The notes below the pieces were generated by a model. It made no database searches and was not told the origin of the DNA. It worked only from the letters and a program-made list of their open reading frames with translations. The position numbers and the translations under genes were made by a program. From a virus (lineage: Duplodnaviria; Caudoviricetes): DNA of 64,000 nucleotides. Every line of letters begins with the position of its first letter. Position 1 is the first letter of the stretch. Location: the IMG/VR virus record IMGVR_UViG_2721755486_000001, positions 130,883 through 194,882 of that record. The stretch is one strand, 5' to 3'. Below, piece by piece: positions 9,759-18,796 of the stretch.

Positions 9759-9911
9759 GGAGCGGACCAGACGCTGGGCCGTGCCTTGGCACGGCTTGAC
9801 GTGCAACAGGTGGCATGAGAGCCTGGTCGTACAGCAACGGCGACCGGTGATCTCCTCCCGCCGGTTGCGATGCTCGAAGGGCCAGCGAAACGCTGGCCCT
9901 TCCCATTGGCG

Positions 9912-11087
9912 CTACGCGGACCGGCCCGGCAGGCCCATGCGCTCCCGGAGCTTCTGGGTGAGCGTTTCGATGGCGGCGCGTTCGTCCGTCACCTTGGGCG
10001 TCTTGTGCAGCTCGACCCACCAGGTGCTGATCTGGTCCTCCGGCACGTCGAACCGGCGCAGCCAAGTCTCGGTGGCCACCACCGTGTTCAGGAGCGGGGA
10101 GGTGCTGTCGAGCGTCCCGTCCTGCAACGTGTCGATCGTGTCGGCCACGATCGGGCGCAGCGCCTGGTTGAGGATCACGTACGCGGGCGGCGGCAGGACC
10201 GGCTTGCCCGGACCGTCGGAGATCCCGGTTTCCGGCGCGGCACCCGCCTGGATGATGAGGCCACCGTCGCCCAAGGGCTCGCGGATGAACCAGTCCGGCG
10301 GGAGCGCGAGGGACGACGCACCGCCGACCTCGCGGACCAGCTCCGCGTCGAGCGCGTTCAGCCAGTCCACCGTCTTGATCTTCGTGTAGAGCTTGCGCAC
10401 GTTCACACGCGCGGGGTCGCCCACGTCGACGCCGGGCCCGAAGCGGCGGGCGTAGAAGAACTCGCTGGCCTCGTTCGGGCGGCGGCCCATCGGGGGCACG
10501 TTCACCGCAAACCCGGCGTGACCGTGGACGGTGGGCAGGGCCTCGGCGAAGGCGTTGAACATCGCTTGGAACCGAGCGGGGCGGTGCACGAGGAACGCAC
10601 GCGGGACGGTGAAGGACACCGCATCCAGGCCGCGCTTGCGTTCGGCTTTCCAGTCGCTCAGCGCGAACACGGTGAAATCGTAGAAACCGGTGGCGAGCTT
10701 GTGGTCGGCGCTGGTCATGGCCACGGCCAGCGTCTGGTTGGCGGGCACCGACGACGCCAGGCGTGCGAATCCCGACGGGTCGTAGGCGGTCGGGTCCTCT
10801 CCCTCGGCGTACAGCCAGCGCAGGGGGCCGGTCTTCGACGGCTCCTGGCCGGCGGCCACTTCGCTGGCGTGGTGGTACTCGTCGATCACCGCGCTGTACT
10901 GCTCGAAGCAGCTCACGAGCGCCTTGCGGACCTCGGGGGTGCACCCGTTGCGGAAATACAGGGCGCCCCGGACCACCAGCGCGGCGCCGGTGATCCCCTT
11001 GCGGTGCGGGGGCTCGTAGAGGCCATAAGGCATCGTGTCCGCGCGGCGCGGATCCTTCGCCCAGGCTTCGATCTGATCGTTTGTCAT
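9912..11087 (-). CDS. DUF3396 family T6SS immunity protein (TsiV-like)
   Basis: HGHAGFAVN, RFGPGVDVGD, IKTVDWLNAL, GLIIQAGAAP, YVILNQALRP, WLRRFD; lies downstream of VRR-NUC effector. Confidence 0.8.
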   Translation of the reverse strand: MTNDQIEAWAKDPRRADTMPYGLYEPPHRKGITGAALVVRGALYFRNGCTPEVRKALVSCFEQYSAVIDEYHHASEVAAGQEPSKTGPLRWLYAEGEDPTAYDPSGFARLASSVPANQTLAVAMTSADHKLATGFYDFTVFALSDWKAERKRGLDAVSFTVPRAFLVHRPARFQAMFNAFAEALPTVHGHAGFAVNVPPMGRRPNEASEFFYARRFGPGVDVGDPARVNVRKLYTKIKTVDWLNALDAELVREVGGASSLALPPDWFIREPLGDGGLIIQAGAAPETGISDGPGKPVLPPPAYVILNQALRPIVADTIDTLQDGTLDSTSPLLNTVVATETWLRRFDVPEDQISTWWVELHKTPKVTDERAAIETLTQKLRERMGLPGRSA

Positions 11088-11096
11088 GGCGTCAAC

Positions 11097-11837
11097 TTAC
11101 CAGATGGGTGGGGCGGGGAACGGGGCAGGGCCTGGCGCGACCGGCGGAAGCGGAGGGCCTCCGGGTGCGCTGCTGCCACCACCGTACAGATCTTCGAGGT
11201 CCGTCTGCGGCGCGCGTTGCTTGGACGACGAGGTTTGCTTCTCCCCTTCGTCGTCGCCGCACCCGCACTCGGTGGCCCCGAGGTGGGCAAACTTCGCCGG
11301 ACTGCCCGCGATTTCCACGTAGTCGGCCTCTTGGTCAGGGCCGTACCGGTCCCCGGGGAACTTCATTTCGACGACCGTCTTAATGTTCGATTGTACGGGC
11401 GGCTGGGTCGGGTCGTTGACGATCACGACGTCTGGGCGTCGCACGTCCCCGGACTGGTACTTGGTGCCCTTGCTGGGCCACACGTCTCGGATCCACTGGC
11501 GGATGCTCGAATGCGGCTCAAGCGGATCGTCATAGTCCATGATCGGAGATGGGGGCTCGGTGGTCATGTCGTACGGCTGCTCCGGGCGGTATTCCGTCGG
11601 AGCGCCCGTCTCCATTTTCGAGACCTCGTTCGCTAGGCCCAGACGCTGTTCGACGCACTTCTGGCGCTGGACGCGTCCGGACTTGGTGGCGACACCGATC
11701 TGCCGGCATTTGCAGAACGTGCGGCACAGGACCTCGCGGTCCTTCGGCGAGAGGCGGGCAGCGCTGGCCCCGACCTGGGTGGTCTGGCCTTCCGGGCTCA
11801 TCCCGCCGGACGACGATCCGGGGGCGTACCCAGTCAT
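11097..11837 (-). CDS. VRR-NUC (PD-(D/E)xK) nuclease T6SS effector (TseV-like)
   Basis: RRPDVVIV...VVEMKFPGD...Q motif; between PAAR and DUF3396. Confidence 0.8.
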   Translation of the reverse strand: MTGYAPGSSSGGMSPEGQTTQVGASAARLSPKDREVLCRTFCKCRQIGVATKSGRVQRQKCVEQRLGLANEVSKMETGAPTEYRPEQPYDMTTEPPSPIMDYDDPLEPHSSIRQWIRDVWPSKGTKYQSGDVRRPDVVIVNDPTQPPVQSNIKTVVEMKFPGDRYGPDQEADYVEIAGSPAKFAHLGATECGCGDDEGEKQTSSSKQRAPQTDLEDLYGGGSSAPGGPPLPPVAPGPAPFPAPPIW

Positions 11838-12355
11838 GCGTCGGTCCCCGGCTGGTGGAACGACAGGGACGAGGCCTGGTGCCCTTCGAGCCAGTCGGTG
11901 AACCCGTTCGCATCGGTCTTGCCCTGGACCACGCGACCGTCGGACGACGTGACGGTGTACGGGTGATTGGGGAGGGGCTGGCGCGTGGCGTCGTCGACCA
12001 CCTGGAATCGTCCGCGCTGGGGCGTGTCCTGGCTGGCTTGCGACAGCACGCTCTTGCCGCCACCGATCGACCCACCGGGACCGCTGGTCGGCTCGGCCGT
12101 GGCGGTGCTTTGGCTGGCGATCAGCGATGCGCCGCAGGCGGTCGTGTCACCTTCAGAGGCAACGGGCCGCCCGTCGAAGGTCATGCCCAGGTTTTTGACG
12201 CCGACGATCGGGTAAATGCCGCCGCACTTCGGGCAGGAGACCTTGTCGCCAAGCAGGGCGAGCGGTCGACCGTCAACCTTGTTTTCCGGCGCGCAGGCGA
12301 GAACACGACCGCCGTGCGAGGTGGTGTCCCCCTCGCGAATGAACGCAAAACCCAT
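11834..12355 (-). CDS. PAAR domain protein with C-terminal extension
   Basis: GDTTSHGGRV, GDKVSCPKCG, VASEGDTTACGASLIAS. Confidence 0.9.
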   Translation of the reverse strand: MGFAFIREGDTTSHGGRVLACAPENKVDGRPLALLGDKVSCPKCGGIYPIVGVKNLGMTFDGRPVASEGDTTACGASLIASQSTATAEPTSGPGGSIGGGKSVLSQASQDTPQRGRFQVVDDATRQPLPNHPYTVTSSDGRVVQGKTDANGFTDWLEGHQASSLSFHQPGTDA

Positions 12356-12534
12356 GCCGCATACCTCCCTTCCGTTTGGTCGGAGGAATGTAGCACAGCG
12401 GGTTTTCCCGTAACCATCCTGTCAACGTTGACAGGGCGCGGGGCGGTGTGGGAAGGTCCGGCCAGCAGCGCGAACAGGCCCGTCAGGGCTGCTGCAGCGT
12501 GAGGGAGGCCGGCCACAGCGCCGGCCTTCGTCCG

Positions 12535-13233
12535 TCAGGCGTTGTCGATCGGGTCGTTGAACGTCGGGCTGTCGTTCCCGCCACCGCTGCGATTCACCCC
12601 GGGCGTCACCTTGTGCCATCGGAAGGCTTCCGACGGCTTCACGGCGTTGTTCGCCAGGTGCACCGCCTCCTCGTAGGTCGTGGCGGGGTCCAGCCACACC
12701 TTCGCTTCGTCCAGCGTGAGGACCAGCGGGCGCCGATCGTGGATGTCGCCCAGCAGGCCCTCGGCGGCGTCGGTGACGATCACGAAACCGTCCACCACGC
12801 CCGGTGTGCTGGGCGGAGGGGCACCTTCGCGTACGCTCGACAGCCCGGCGAAATACGTGGGCGGCCCGTTGGCGGTCTGGATGAACCACGGCTGCTTGTG
12901 CCCCGGCTCCCCGGTCCACTCGTAGTAGCCGTCGCAGGGGACGAGCACGCGGTGCGCTTTCCACATCCATTTCCACGCAGAGCTGGAGGACTTGTCCAGG
13001 CGCGCGTTGATCATCATTTTCTGCTGGCGCTCGACGGCCCAGGCGGGGCGGTAGCCCCACGTTTGCAGACGTGGACCGTCGGGGGTGATGACCGGTTGCT
13101 GGGTGCCGGGCGACACGTTCCAGCTCGGCCGGAACAGGTCCGCGTGACCGCGCAGGCGCGGGTCGTTCTCGTCGGTGGCGAGGGGCACGACGTAGAAAAG
13201 GTCGCCCTGACCGCGGGAGTAACGACCACACAT
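12535..13233 (-). CDS. SOS response-associated peptidase (SRAP/YedK/HMCES family)
   Basis: N-terminal MCGRY, WNVSPG, INARLD, GYYEW, IHDRRP. Confidence 0.9.
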   Translation of the reverse strand: MCGRYSRGQGDLFYVVPLATDENDPRLRGHADLFRPSWNVSPGTQQPVITPDGPRLQTWGYRPAWAVERQQKMMINARLDKSSSSAWKWMWKAHRVLVPCDGYYEWTGEPGHKQPWFIQTANGPPTYFAGLSSVREGAPPPSTPGVVDGFVIVTDAAEGLLGDIHDRRPLVLTLDEAKVWLDPATTYEEAVHLANNAVKPSEAFRWHKVTPGVNRSGGGNDSPTFNDPIDNA

Positions 13234-13277
13234 GGATGTCTCCTGGTGGCAAACGGACAGCGTAACCTATACCGGGC

Positions 13278-15206
13278 TTAGGCGGCGGGCTCCGCTGGTG
13301 CCACGGGCGCGGCTGGCGCTTCAGCAGCCGCAGCCGGTGCCGCTGGCTCTGCGGCAGGCACGTCCGCAGGGGCAGCCACGTCAGCGTCGTACTCGGCCAG
13401 CCAAGCGTCCAGCTCAAGGACGCATAGGCATTCGTTGTTGCCGGCGTCTTGCTGCGCGCCCTGCTGCGCGACCCCGGCCACACGGAACAGTTCGTCAACG
13501 ACGGGACCGCCCGAGTTGCCTTTACGGATCAACTGATTGATTTCAAAACGCTGTAAGCCCGTGCGTGGAAAACGCGCAGTCACGATCGCGGGTTCAATGT
13601 TGGCACGTCGACCGTTGTTCCAGTTTGGGAAGCCGATGAGGTGGGTCGGCGCATGACGATTGATCGGCGCTTCCATCCCTGAGAAGTGACGATGATCCGG
13701 CGGCGCGCCTTCGAACTCGAGCAGCGCCAGATCCCGATGTGCATGCCGGTGCACGACGCGCAGAGGCCATCGCTGACCCGAGACTGGATCAATCGCGGTC
13801 ACGTTCAACCCCTGCACGGCTGCTTCGTTGATGTCCGTCGTGAACGGGATTTCTTGGGCGTTCGGACCGTCCCCCAACTGGTATTCACCTTCGGCCCGGA
13901 AAACGTGATCACAAGTGATCAGCCGGTTGCGTTGCTTGTATGCGAAAGCGGTGCCCTGACCGCCCACCATGGTGGGTTGCCCAGGGACGGGTGGTTGATA
14001 GTCCGCGGCCCACTCCACGACAAAGACCGCGCGTTCTGCGTCCTCGACGTTGCGGACGATCGCTTCGACCGGCAGCGTCGATGCGGCGAAGTCCGCGTTG
14101 CCGTCGCGCTCCCGAGCCACTAGTCGGTTGTATTTCTCGGCCAGACGCGTATAGATCGCGTCCGAGTCCCCACGAACCATCCGAACGTACAGCAGTTTTC
14201 CCCAAAGAACGTTTTTCAGCGCCGGCGTTTGCCCAGTCCGAGTTTGCCGCTTCCACGGACGCTTCTCATACGCGAGGGTAGTGCCGTTGGTTACGCGTTG
14301 TTCCCATGCGGCTTGGGCAGCGGCGTACCCGTACCTGTCCCAAGCGTGCAATGCGCCGCGAATCTTGTCGATGAAAATGCGCTTGACGTTAGCGAACTCG
14401 TTGATGACGATGCCGGTGACTTCCATGCGACGGCGGCGCGTCGACATTCGCGTCTTGGACGGATTGATCTGGAAGTTGTGCTGGTTGATGATCCCAACCA
14501 GTTCTTGGCCGAGCGTGACAACGCCGCTGTCGAAGGTGCAGATGTTCGACGGCAGCGCTGCTCGAGTGGGCGCCGAAAAGCTGAACGTGATGTCGTCCGC
14601 GTAACGCGTGTAGGTGGCTCGGTGACGCTTCGCCAAGGCCATCAAATCACGGTCCATCGACCGGCACACCTGGTTCGACAGAAAAGGCGAGGTCGGTGCG
14701 CCTTGCGGCAGCTCGTTCCCGACGACGCACATCTGCGCCAAGACTGTGGCGACCTCGTGGGAATAGTTGAACGGAGGTTTTTTCAGTACACCACGCACGC
14801 GGTAAAAGCTGATCGACGGGAAGAACGCTTCCAGGTCCAGATTCAAAACGAACGTTGGGCGTCGCTCCAGATGCCTGCGTGCGTTGGTGACGATGCTGCG
14901 GTCTTTGATGAATGCGTGCGCGCATGGCTTCGGGGTTCCTGCGCGCTCGTACAAATGCGCAAGCACTTTCTCCTGCAGAACCTTCAGCCGACGACGGGGC
15001 TCACGGATCAAGCGAAAACCGCCGCTACGTTTCGCCATCAAGAACGCTCTGTACGGCGGATGCGGGTATAGGATTTTCTGGACTTGCTCGTATGGGACGC
15101 CAAGGACGCCGGTGGAAAACACGTGGACGTCCATGCGCTCCCAAGCGTCCATCAGGTCCTGGTTTTCAACGAGGGCCTGGATCAGGATGGTGTTTGGAGT
15201 GTTCAT
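13278..15206 (-). CDS. Retron reverse transcriptase fused to C-terminal trypsin-like serine protease (type XI-like retron)
   Basis: Retron region X NARRH, LDLEAFFPSI, LPQGAPTSP, YADD, region Y VTG; protease triad TCDHV / RDLALL / GNSGGP; probable start MNTPN at 15206. Confidence 0.9.
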   Translation of the reverse strand: MNTPNTILIQALVENQDLMDAWERMDVHVFSTGVLGVPYEQVQKILYPHPPYRAFLMAKRSGGFRLIREPRRRLKVLQEKVLAHLYERAGTPKPCAHAFIKDRSIVTNARRHLERRPTFVLNLDLEAFFPSISFYRVRGVLKKPPFNYSHEVATVLAQMCVVGNELPQGAPTSPFLSNQVCRSMDRDLMALAKRHRATYTRYADDITFSFSAPTRAALPSNICTFDSGVVTLGQELVGIINQHNFQINPSKTRMSTRRRRMEVTGIVINEFANVKRIFIDKIRGALHAWDRYGYAAAQAAWEQRVTNGTTLAYEKRPWKRQTRTGQTPALKNVLWGKLLYVRMVRGDSDAIYTRLAEKYNRLVARERDGNADFAASTLPVEAIVRNVEDAERAVFVVEWAADYQPPVPGQPTMVGGQGTAFAYKQRNRLITCDHVFRAEGEYQLGDGPNAQEIPFTTDINEAAVQGLNVTAIDPVSGQRWPLRVVHRHAHRDLALLEFEGAPPDHRHFSGMEAPINRHAPTHLIGFPNWNNGRRANIEPAIVTARFPRTGLQRFEINQLIRKGNSGGPVVDELFRVAGVAQQGAQQDAGNNECLCVLELDAWLAEYDADVAAPADVPAAEPAAPAAAAEAPAAPVAPAEPAA

Positions 15207-15217
15207 GGAAGGACAAG

Positions 15218-15349
15218 GCCGCCCCGGGGAGCTTTCTCCTGTACCTGCTGCGCGCAATCACGGACAGTCCGGATGCCCAGCGGATCGGGGATACCATGCT
15301 GCAAACGTCTGCGTTAACGCGAACGAGATTAAGTGGTGCCCGGAGCGGC
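15218..15349 (-). ncRNA. Candidate retron msr-msd ncRNA
   Basis: Just upstream of the RT; bounded by 11-nt inverted repeat GCCGCUCCGGG / CCCGGGGCGGC (one G-U pair); internal palindrome GCGUUAACGC. Confidence 0.65.
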
Positions 15350-15391
15350 AAACGATTTTAAGGTCTGATGTTACGCCGCCGCAATGGGCTC

Positions 15392-15775
15392 TCATTCTCG
15401 GTGTTGCTCTTTTTTGAGCAGGGACGCCAGATGGTGTGCCGATTTAAGGACGATCGCACGTTGGGCCGGGGCCAGTCCGTTCAACGAGGCGATGAGGGTG
15501 CGGGCTTCATCGGTGGGGTGCACGGACGCGGAGGTGAGGATCTCCTCGATCGGCACGTCGAGCACGTCGCAAAACATCACCAGCCGTTCGATGGACATGG
15601 CGACCTTGCCACTTTCGAGGCGCGAGACGCTCTCCTTTTCCAGGCCGAGTTTGTCGGCGAGGACAGCCTGGGTCCAGCCGCGGGCTCGGCGCACAGCAGC
15701 GAGGCGCTGACCAATCTCCTGGACCATTTCCTTGGCACTTCGCTCTACCGCCTTTCCCACAACCAGAATCTCCAA
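15392..15775 (-). CDS. XRE/Cro-CI family HTH regulator
   Basis: RLAAVRRARGWTQAVLADKLGLEKESVSRLESG; true start may be ~15727. Confidence 0.85.
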   Translation of the reverse strand: MEILVVGKAVERSAKEMVQEIGQRLAAVRRARGWTQAVLADKLGLEKESVSRLESGKVAMSIERLVMFCDVLDVPIEEILTSASVHPTDEARTLIASLNGLAPAQRAIVLKSAHHLASLLKKEQHRE

Positions 15776-15948
15776 AGCACGTCATTTGATGACGTGAAGT
15801 GTGGCGTCTGGCTGTGCGTTTGTAGATGCTGCAAAGTGCATCTGATGACGCAATGTGCATTTTAAGCGCGTTTTTGCCGAAAAAAAGCGTGCATAAACCC
15901 GTACCTCCACACCCGGCGCGGGGCGGCGGGGTGGTGGCGGTTCAAGCG

Positions 15949-16821
15949 CTAGGCAGCGGGGTCTTGATTCACGCGAGCGGCGCGCTCGCGGGCCAGCTGC
16001 TCCGGGGACTTGTCCGCGGCGATCGTTCCGGTGGGCGGCTCGATGGTGTAGTCCCCCCGCACCAGACGAGGAGCAGGTGCCGTGGCACGGGTAGAGACGG
16101 TGGGTTTGGCGGGCGTCGACGTGCTCGATGCAGGCGCTGGCGGTGGCCCTGATCGGTCGATCGCGTCCAGTTCGCGTTGGCGCTCTGCAGCGGCGGCGAC
16201 GTATGCTGGGGATTTCATGGCCCGATCGTCGAGGACGCCCTTGGCGACGAAGGCGAGGATGAAACCCAGAATCGCGCCCCCGAACAGACCGCCCATGAAC
16301 GTGGCGCCGGGGAAGCACGCGATCACGAACCAGACCGTGACGCACGACCATCCGTAGACGGACCAGAATGAAGGGAAGCACTTCGCCAGGCGGGGCCCGT
16401 AGCGCTGCTCCACGGCGATCCTCAACCCGGCCTTCCGTTGCTCCTCGTCGCGGGCCCGCTTCTCGGCTTCCCGGTGCTGCCGGGCTTGTTCCTGGTAGGC
16501 CGCCTGTTGGCGCTCCTGCTCGACACGGGAGAACTCGTTCCGGGCGAGGTCGCCGGCGGCGCGCTTGATCGCGTTGATCGCCAGCTCACGCGAGCACCGG
16601 AACCATTCCTTTCCCTCGCGGTGCTTGCGCAGGCGCAGGTGGCCCTCCCGTTCGACCGCTCGTGCGTCGGGCACGTGCGTCGAGTATTCGACCACCACAG
16701 GATGGGGCGAATGGGTCCCGTTGAGCTGCGCCGCGCGTTCCTCGGGCGTCCCGGTGGTGAAGCCGACCTTGACCAGGCCGGGCATCGCCTTGTTCGACAT
16801 CACATAGACGTAACCTTCCAC
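15949..16821 (-). CDS. T5orf172/GIY-YIG domain protein with two predicted TM segments
   Basis: GYVYVMSNKAMPGLVKVGFT...EWF; hydrophobic segments in the C-terminal half; GTG start after GAGGGA. Confidence 0.75.
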   Translation of the reverse strand: MEGYVYVMSNKAMPGLVKVGFTTGTPEERAAQLNGTHSPHPVVVEYSTHVPDARAVEREGHLRLRKHREGKEWFRCSRELAINAIKRAAGDLARNEFSRVEQERQQAAYQEQARQHREAEKRARDEEQRKAGLRIAVEQRYGPRLAKCFPSFWSVYGWSCVTVWFVIACFPGATFMGGLFGGAILGFILAFVAKGVLDDRAMKSPAYVAAAAERQRELDAIDRSGPPPAPASSTSTPAKPTVSTRATAPAPRLVRGDYTIEPPTGTIAADKSPEQLARERAARVNQDPAA

Positions 16822-16844
16822 GGTTCCCTCCGCTGGGGACGTGT

Positions 16845-17849
16845 TCAATGCAGGTTGTCGGCGGCCTGCCAGATGGTGGCGAGCTGGGCGTGGCCATGCG
16901 CTTTGGCCTGGGCGGCAGCGGCGAGCGCGGAGTGCAGCGGGGGCAGCACAGCGTTGTAGGCGGCGACGGCACGCGCGAGGCCCTTGCACGGGCCCATGTC
17001 CGGGATCACGTCCCCGACCTTCACGGTGCTCCCGTCCAGGCAGGTCCCTCGCCACTGGGCGATGCGGGCGTTCAGGGCGTTCTCCGCCGACGCTGCATCG
17101 GCCTGCACCCGGTCGATCGAATCGTCGGCGATCGAGATCTGCGACTTGTCGACGCCCATCTGTCCGACGATCACGCCGGCCTGGCCCTGCGCGACACCGT
17201 TGCCGGTGGCTTCGAGGCGCTGGGCGCGATCGAGCTTGGCCTGCTCGGCGGTCACGGCGTGCTCGTAGTAGGCCTGGGCCCGGGGCAGGCGTTCGAGGTG
17301 CTGGTGGGCGCTCGCGACGAACTGGTTCAGGCTGTCCGTGAGGGCGTTCACCTGGCGGTTGAGCTGCTCGACCCGCTGGCCCCGTTGGCGTGCGGCGATG
17401 ATCGGCTGGCCGGCCTGGTTGAGCTGGGCCACCTCCTGGTCGAAATCGGAGGGCTGACCTTTGGCGAAGTGCTCGACACCGGTCTGGGCACCGTTGGCCA
17501 CCGTGAGGTCGATCCCGTCGCCGGTGACCGACCCGCTGAAGTTCTGCCCGATGGGCAGGGGCGTTTCCAGGACGGTGAGGGTGATGCTGTTCCCGTCGAC
17601 CGATCCCGACACGTTGGCGCTGCTCGACGTCAGGGTGCCGTCGTTCTTCAGCCCGGCGTGGCGGAGCGTACCGGTGAAACGATGGTCGGGCGTTTCGGTG
17701 ATTTGCAGGAGGTCCGCCTGGTTGCCGAAGTGGGCCACGTAGGACCCCGAGACGGAGCGGTCACCGCACCCGGCGAGGAGCAGGGTGCTCCCCACGATCG
17801 CCGTCACGCACGTCGCCAGGCCCCGGCCTTTGCGCTGTTGGTCCTTCAT
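16845..17849 (-). CDS. Putative lipoprotein with coiled-coil C-terminus
   Basis: Signal peptide with lipobox LLAGC. Confidence 0.7.
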   Translation of the reverse strand: MKDQQRKGRGLATCVTAIVGSTLLLAGCGDRSVSGSYVAHFGNQADLLQITETPDHRFTGTLRHAGLKNDGTLTSSSANVSGSVDGNSITLTVLETPLPIGQNFSGSVTGDGIDLTVANGAQTGVEHFAKGQPSDFDQEVAQLNQAGQPIIAARQRGQRVEQLNRQVNALTDSLNQFVASAHQHLERLPRAQAYYEHAVTAEQAKLDRAQRLEATGNGVAQGQAGVIVGQMGVDKSQISIADDSIDRVQADAASAENALNARIAQWRGTCLDGSTVKVGDVIPDMGPCKGLARAVAAYNAVLPPLHSALAAAAQAKAHGHAQLATIWQAADNLH

Positions 17850-17940
17850 CCCCGCCCCCGATCTCGATTGGTCCCACCGTATTGTGTGAACAGTATAGCG
17901 ACAGCGTGCGGCACCCGGACGGGGCGAGCGGGGTGGACCT

Positions 17941-17978
17941 GCCTTGATGCGCAGATACCGATGAACCATCAGCGTGTG
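17941..17978 (-). other. Degenerate copy of mutS 5' att-like sequence
   Basis: Minus strand reads HTLMVHRYLRIKA, versus typical MutS N-terminus HTPMMQQYLRIKA. Confidence 0.55.
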
Positions 17979-18000
17979 TTGCACAGGTCCGGGCCACGGG

Positions 18001-18522
18001 TCAGTGGGTGCGGAAGGTGTTCCAGGTGTCTGTGTCGAGGTGCATCGAGGCCATCACCTCGAAGAGGTACAGCTCAAGGTCGTTGTCGATCTGAATGTAT
18101 GCGATCGACATTTCCCGCAGCCGGCCCTGGGCGGTGAGGAAGACCTCGCGAAACTGCTCGTCCTTCATCGCCTGGTCCCGCTTCATTTCGTGCGGGAAGT
18201 CCATGCTCGCCATTTTGTAGACCAGGCTGGCGGCCGAGTGGGTCTCGAAGTTCAGGTGTTGCAGCAGGCGTTTGATGACCCCACGCGAGATTCCCACGTA
18301 AACGGGGCGGTCCTCGTCGAGGAACACATAGCAGCCGGGGAAGTCGGTGCTTCGGTCGATGGTCTCGCCGATCACCGACAGCGCGCTCTTGGCCGTTGTG
18401 TACCCGACGAAGGTGTTGGCTGGAATGGGCGATTGGAGGGCGGCCTTAAGCCGTTCCAGGTGAGCGGGCAGCACGGTGGCGGCCAGCTCGTCGAAAGTGT
18501 GGGTGCAGTTGTCGATCGGCAT
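18001..18522 (-). CDS. GIY-YIG nuclease family protein
   Basis: GCYVFLDEDRPVYVGISRGVIKRLLQH, conserved E and C-terminal WN. Confidence 0.8.
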   Translation of the reverse strand: MPIDNCTHTFDELAATVLPAHLERLKAALQSPIPANTFVGYTTAKSALSVIGETIDRSTDFPGCYVFLDEDRPVYVGISRGVIKRLLQHLNFETHSAASLVYKMASMDFPHEMKRDQAMKDEQFREVFLTAQGRLREMSIAYIQIDNDLELYLFEVMASMHLDTDTWNTFRTH

Positions 18523-18565
18523 GCGGGGATCAGCGGGGTGGAGGGGAGAGACGCCGATCATACCC

Positions 18566-18769
18566 GGGCATACGGGGCATACATGGGCTCGAGCCCACCG
18601 TGCGCGGAGGAGCCCCTCTAAAGTATGCCCAAGAGGCTGGGCATACTCGACGGAACCGGCTCCCGATCGGGGCAAAACCCGGCCAGCAGGGCGTTCCGGG
18701 ATGCCGCCAATAGCCCGCACCAATCTGTATGCCCGGTGTATCAGGATATTCTATTTTGGCTGGGCATAC
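18566..18769. repeat. Six GGGCATAC/GTATGCCC repeats, probable integrase arm-type sites of the left element
   Basis: Copies at 18566, 18575, 18623(inv), 18639, 18727(inv), 18762. Confidence 0.6.
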
Positions 18770-18796
18770 AGCCTGAAACGACCGTCCTACAAGGGC

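Noticed and set aside
3447-9792. Palindromic repeats as a CRISPR array or REP/attC array
   Set aside because: Only 12 bp, irregularly spaced, with no cas genes or integron integrase
13278-15206. Group II intron
   Set aside because: No maturase/X domain or domain V RNA seen; C-terminus is a protease
15207-15257. ORF-track N-terminal extension of the RT
   Set aside because: Overlaps the a1 arm of the putative ncRNA; ATG at 15206 is the more plausible start
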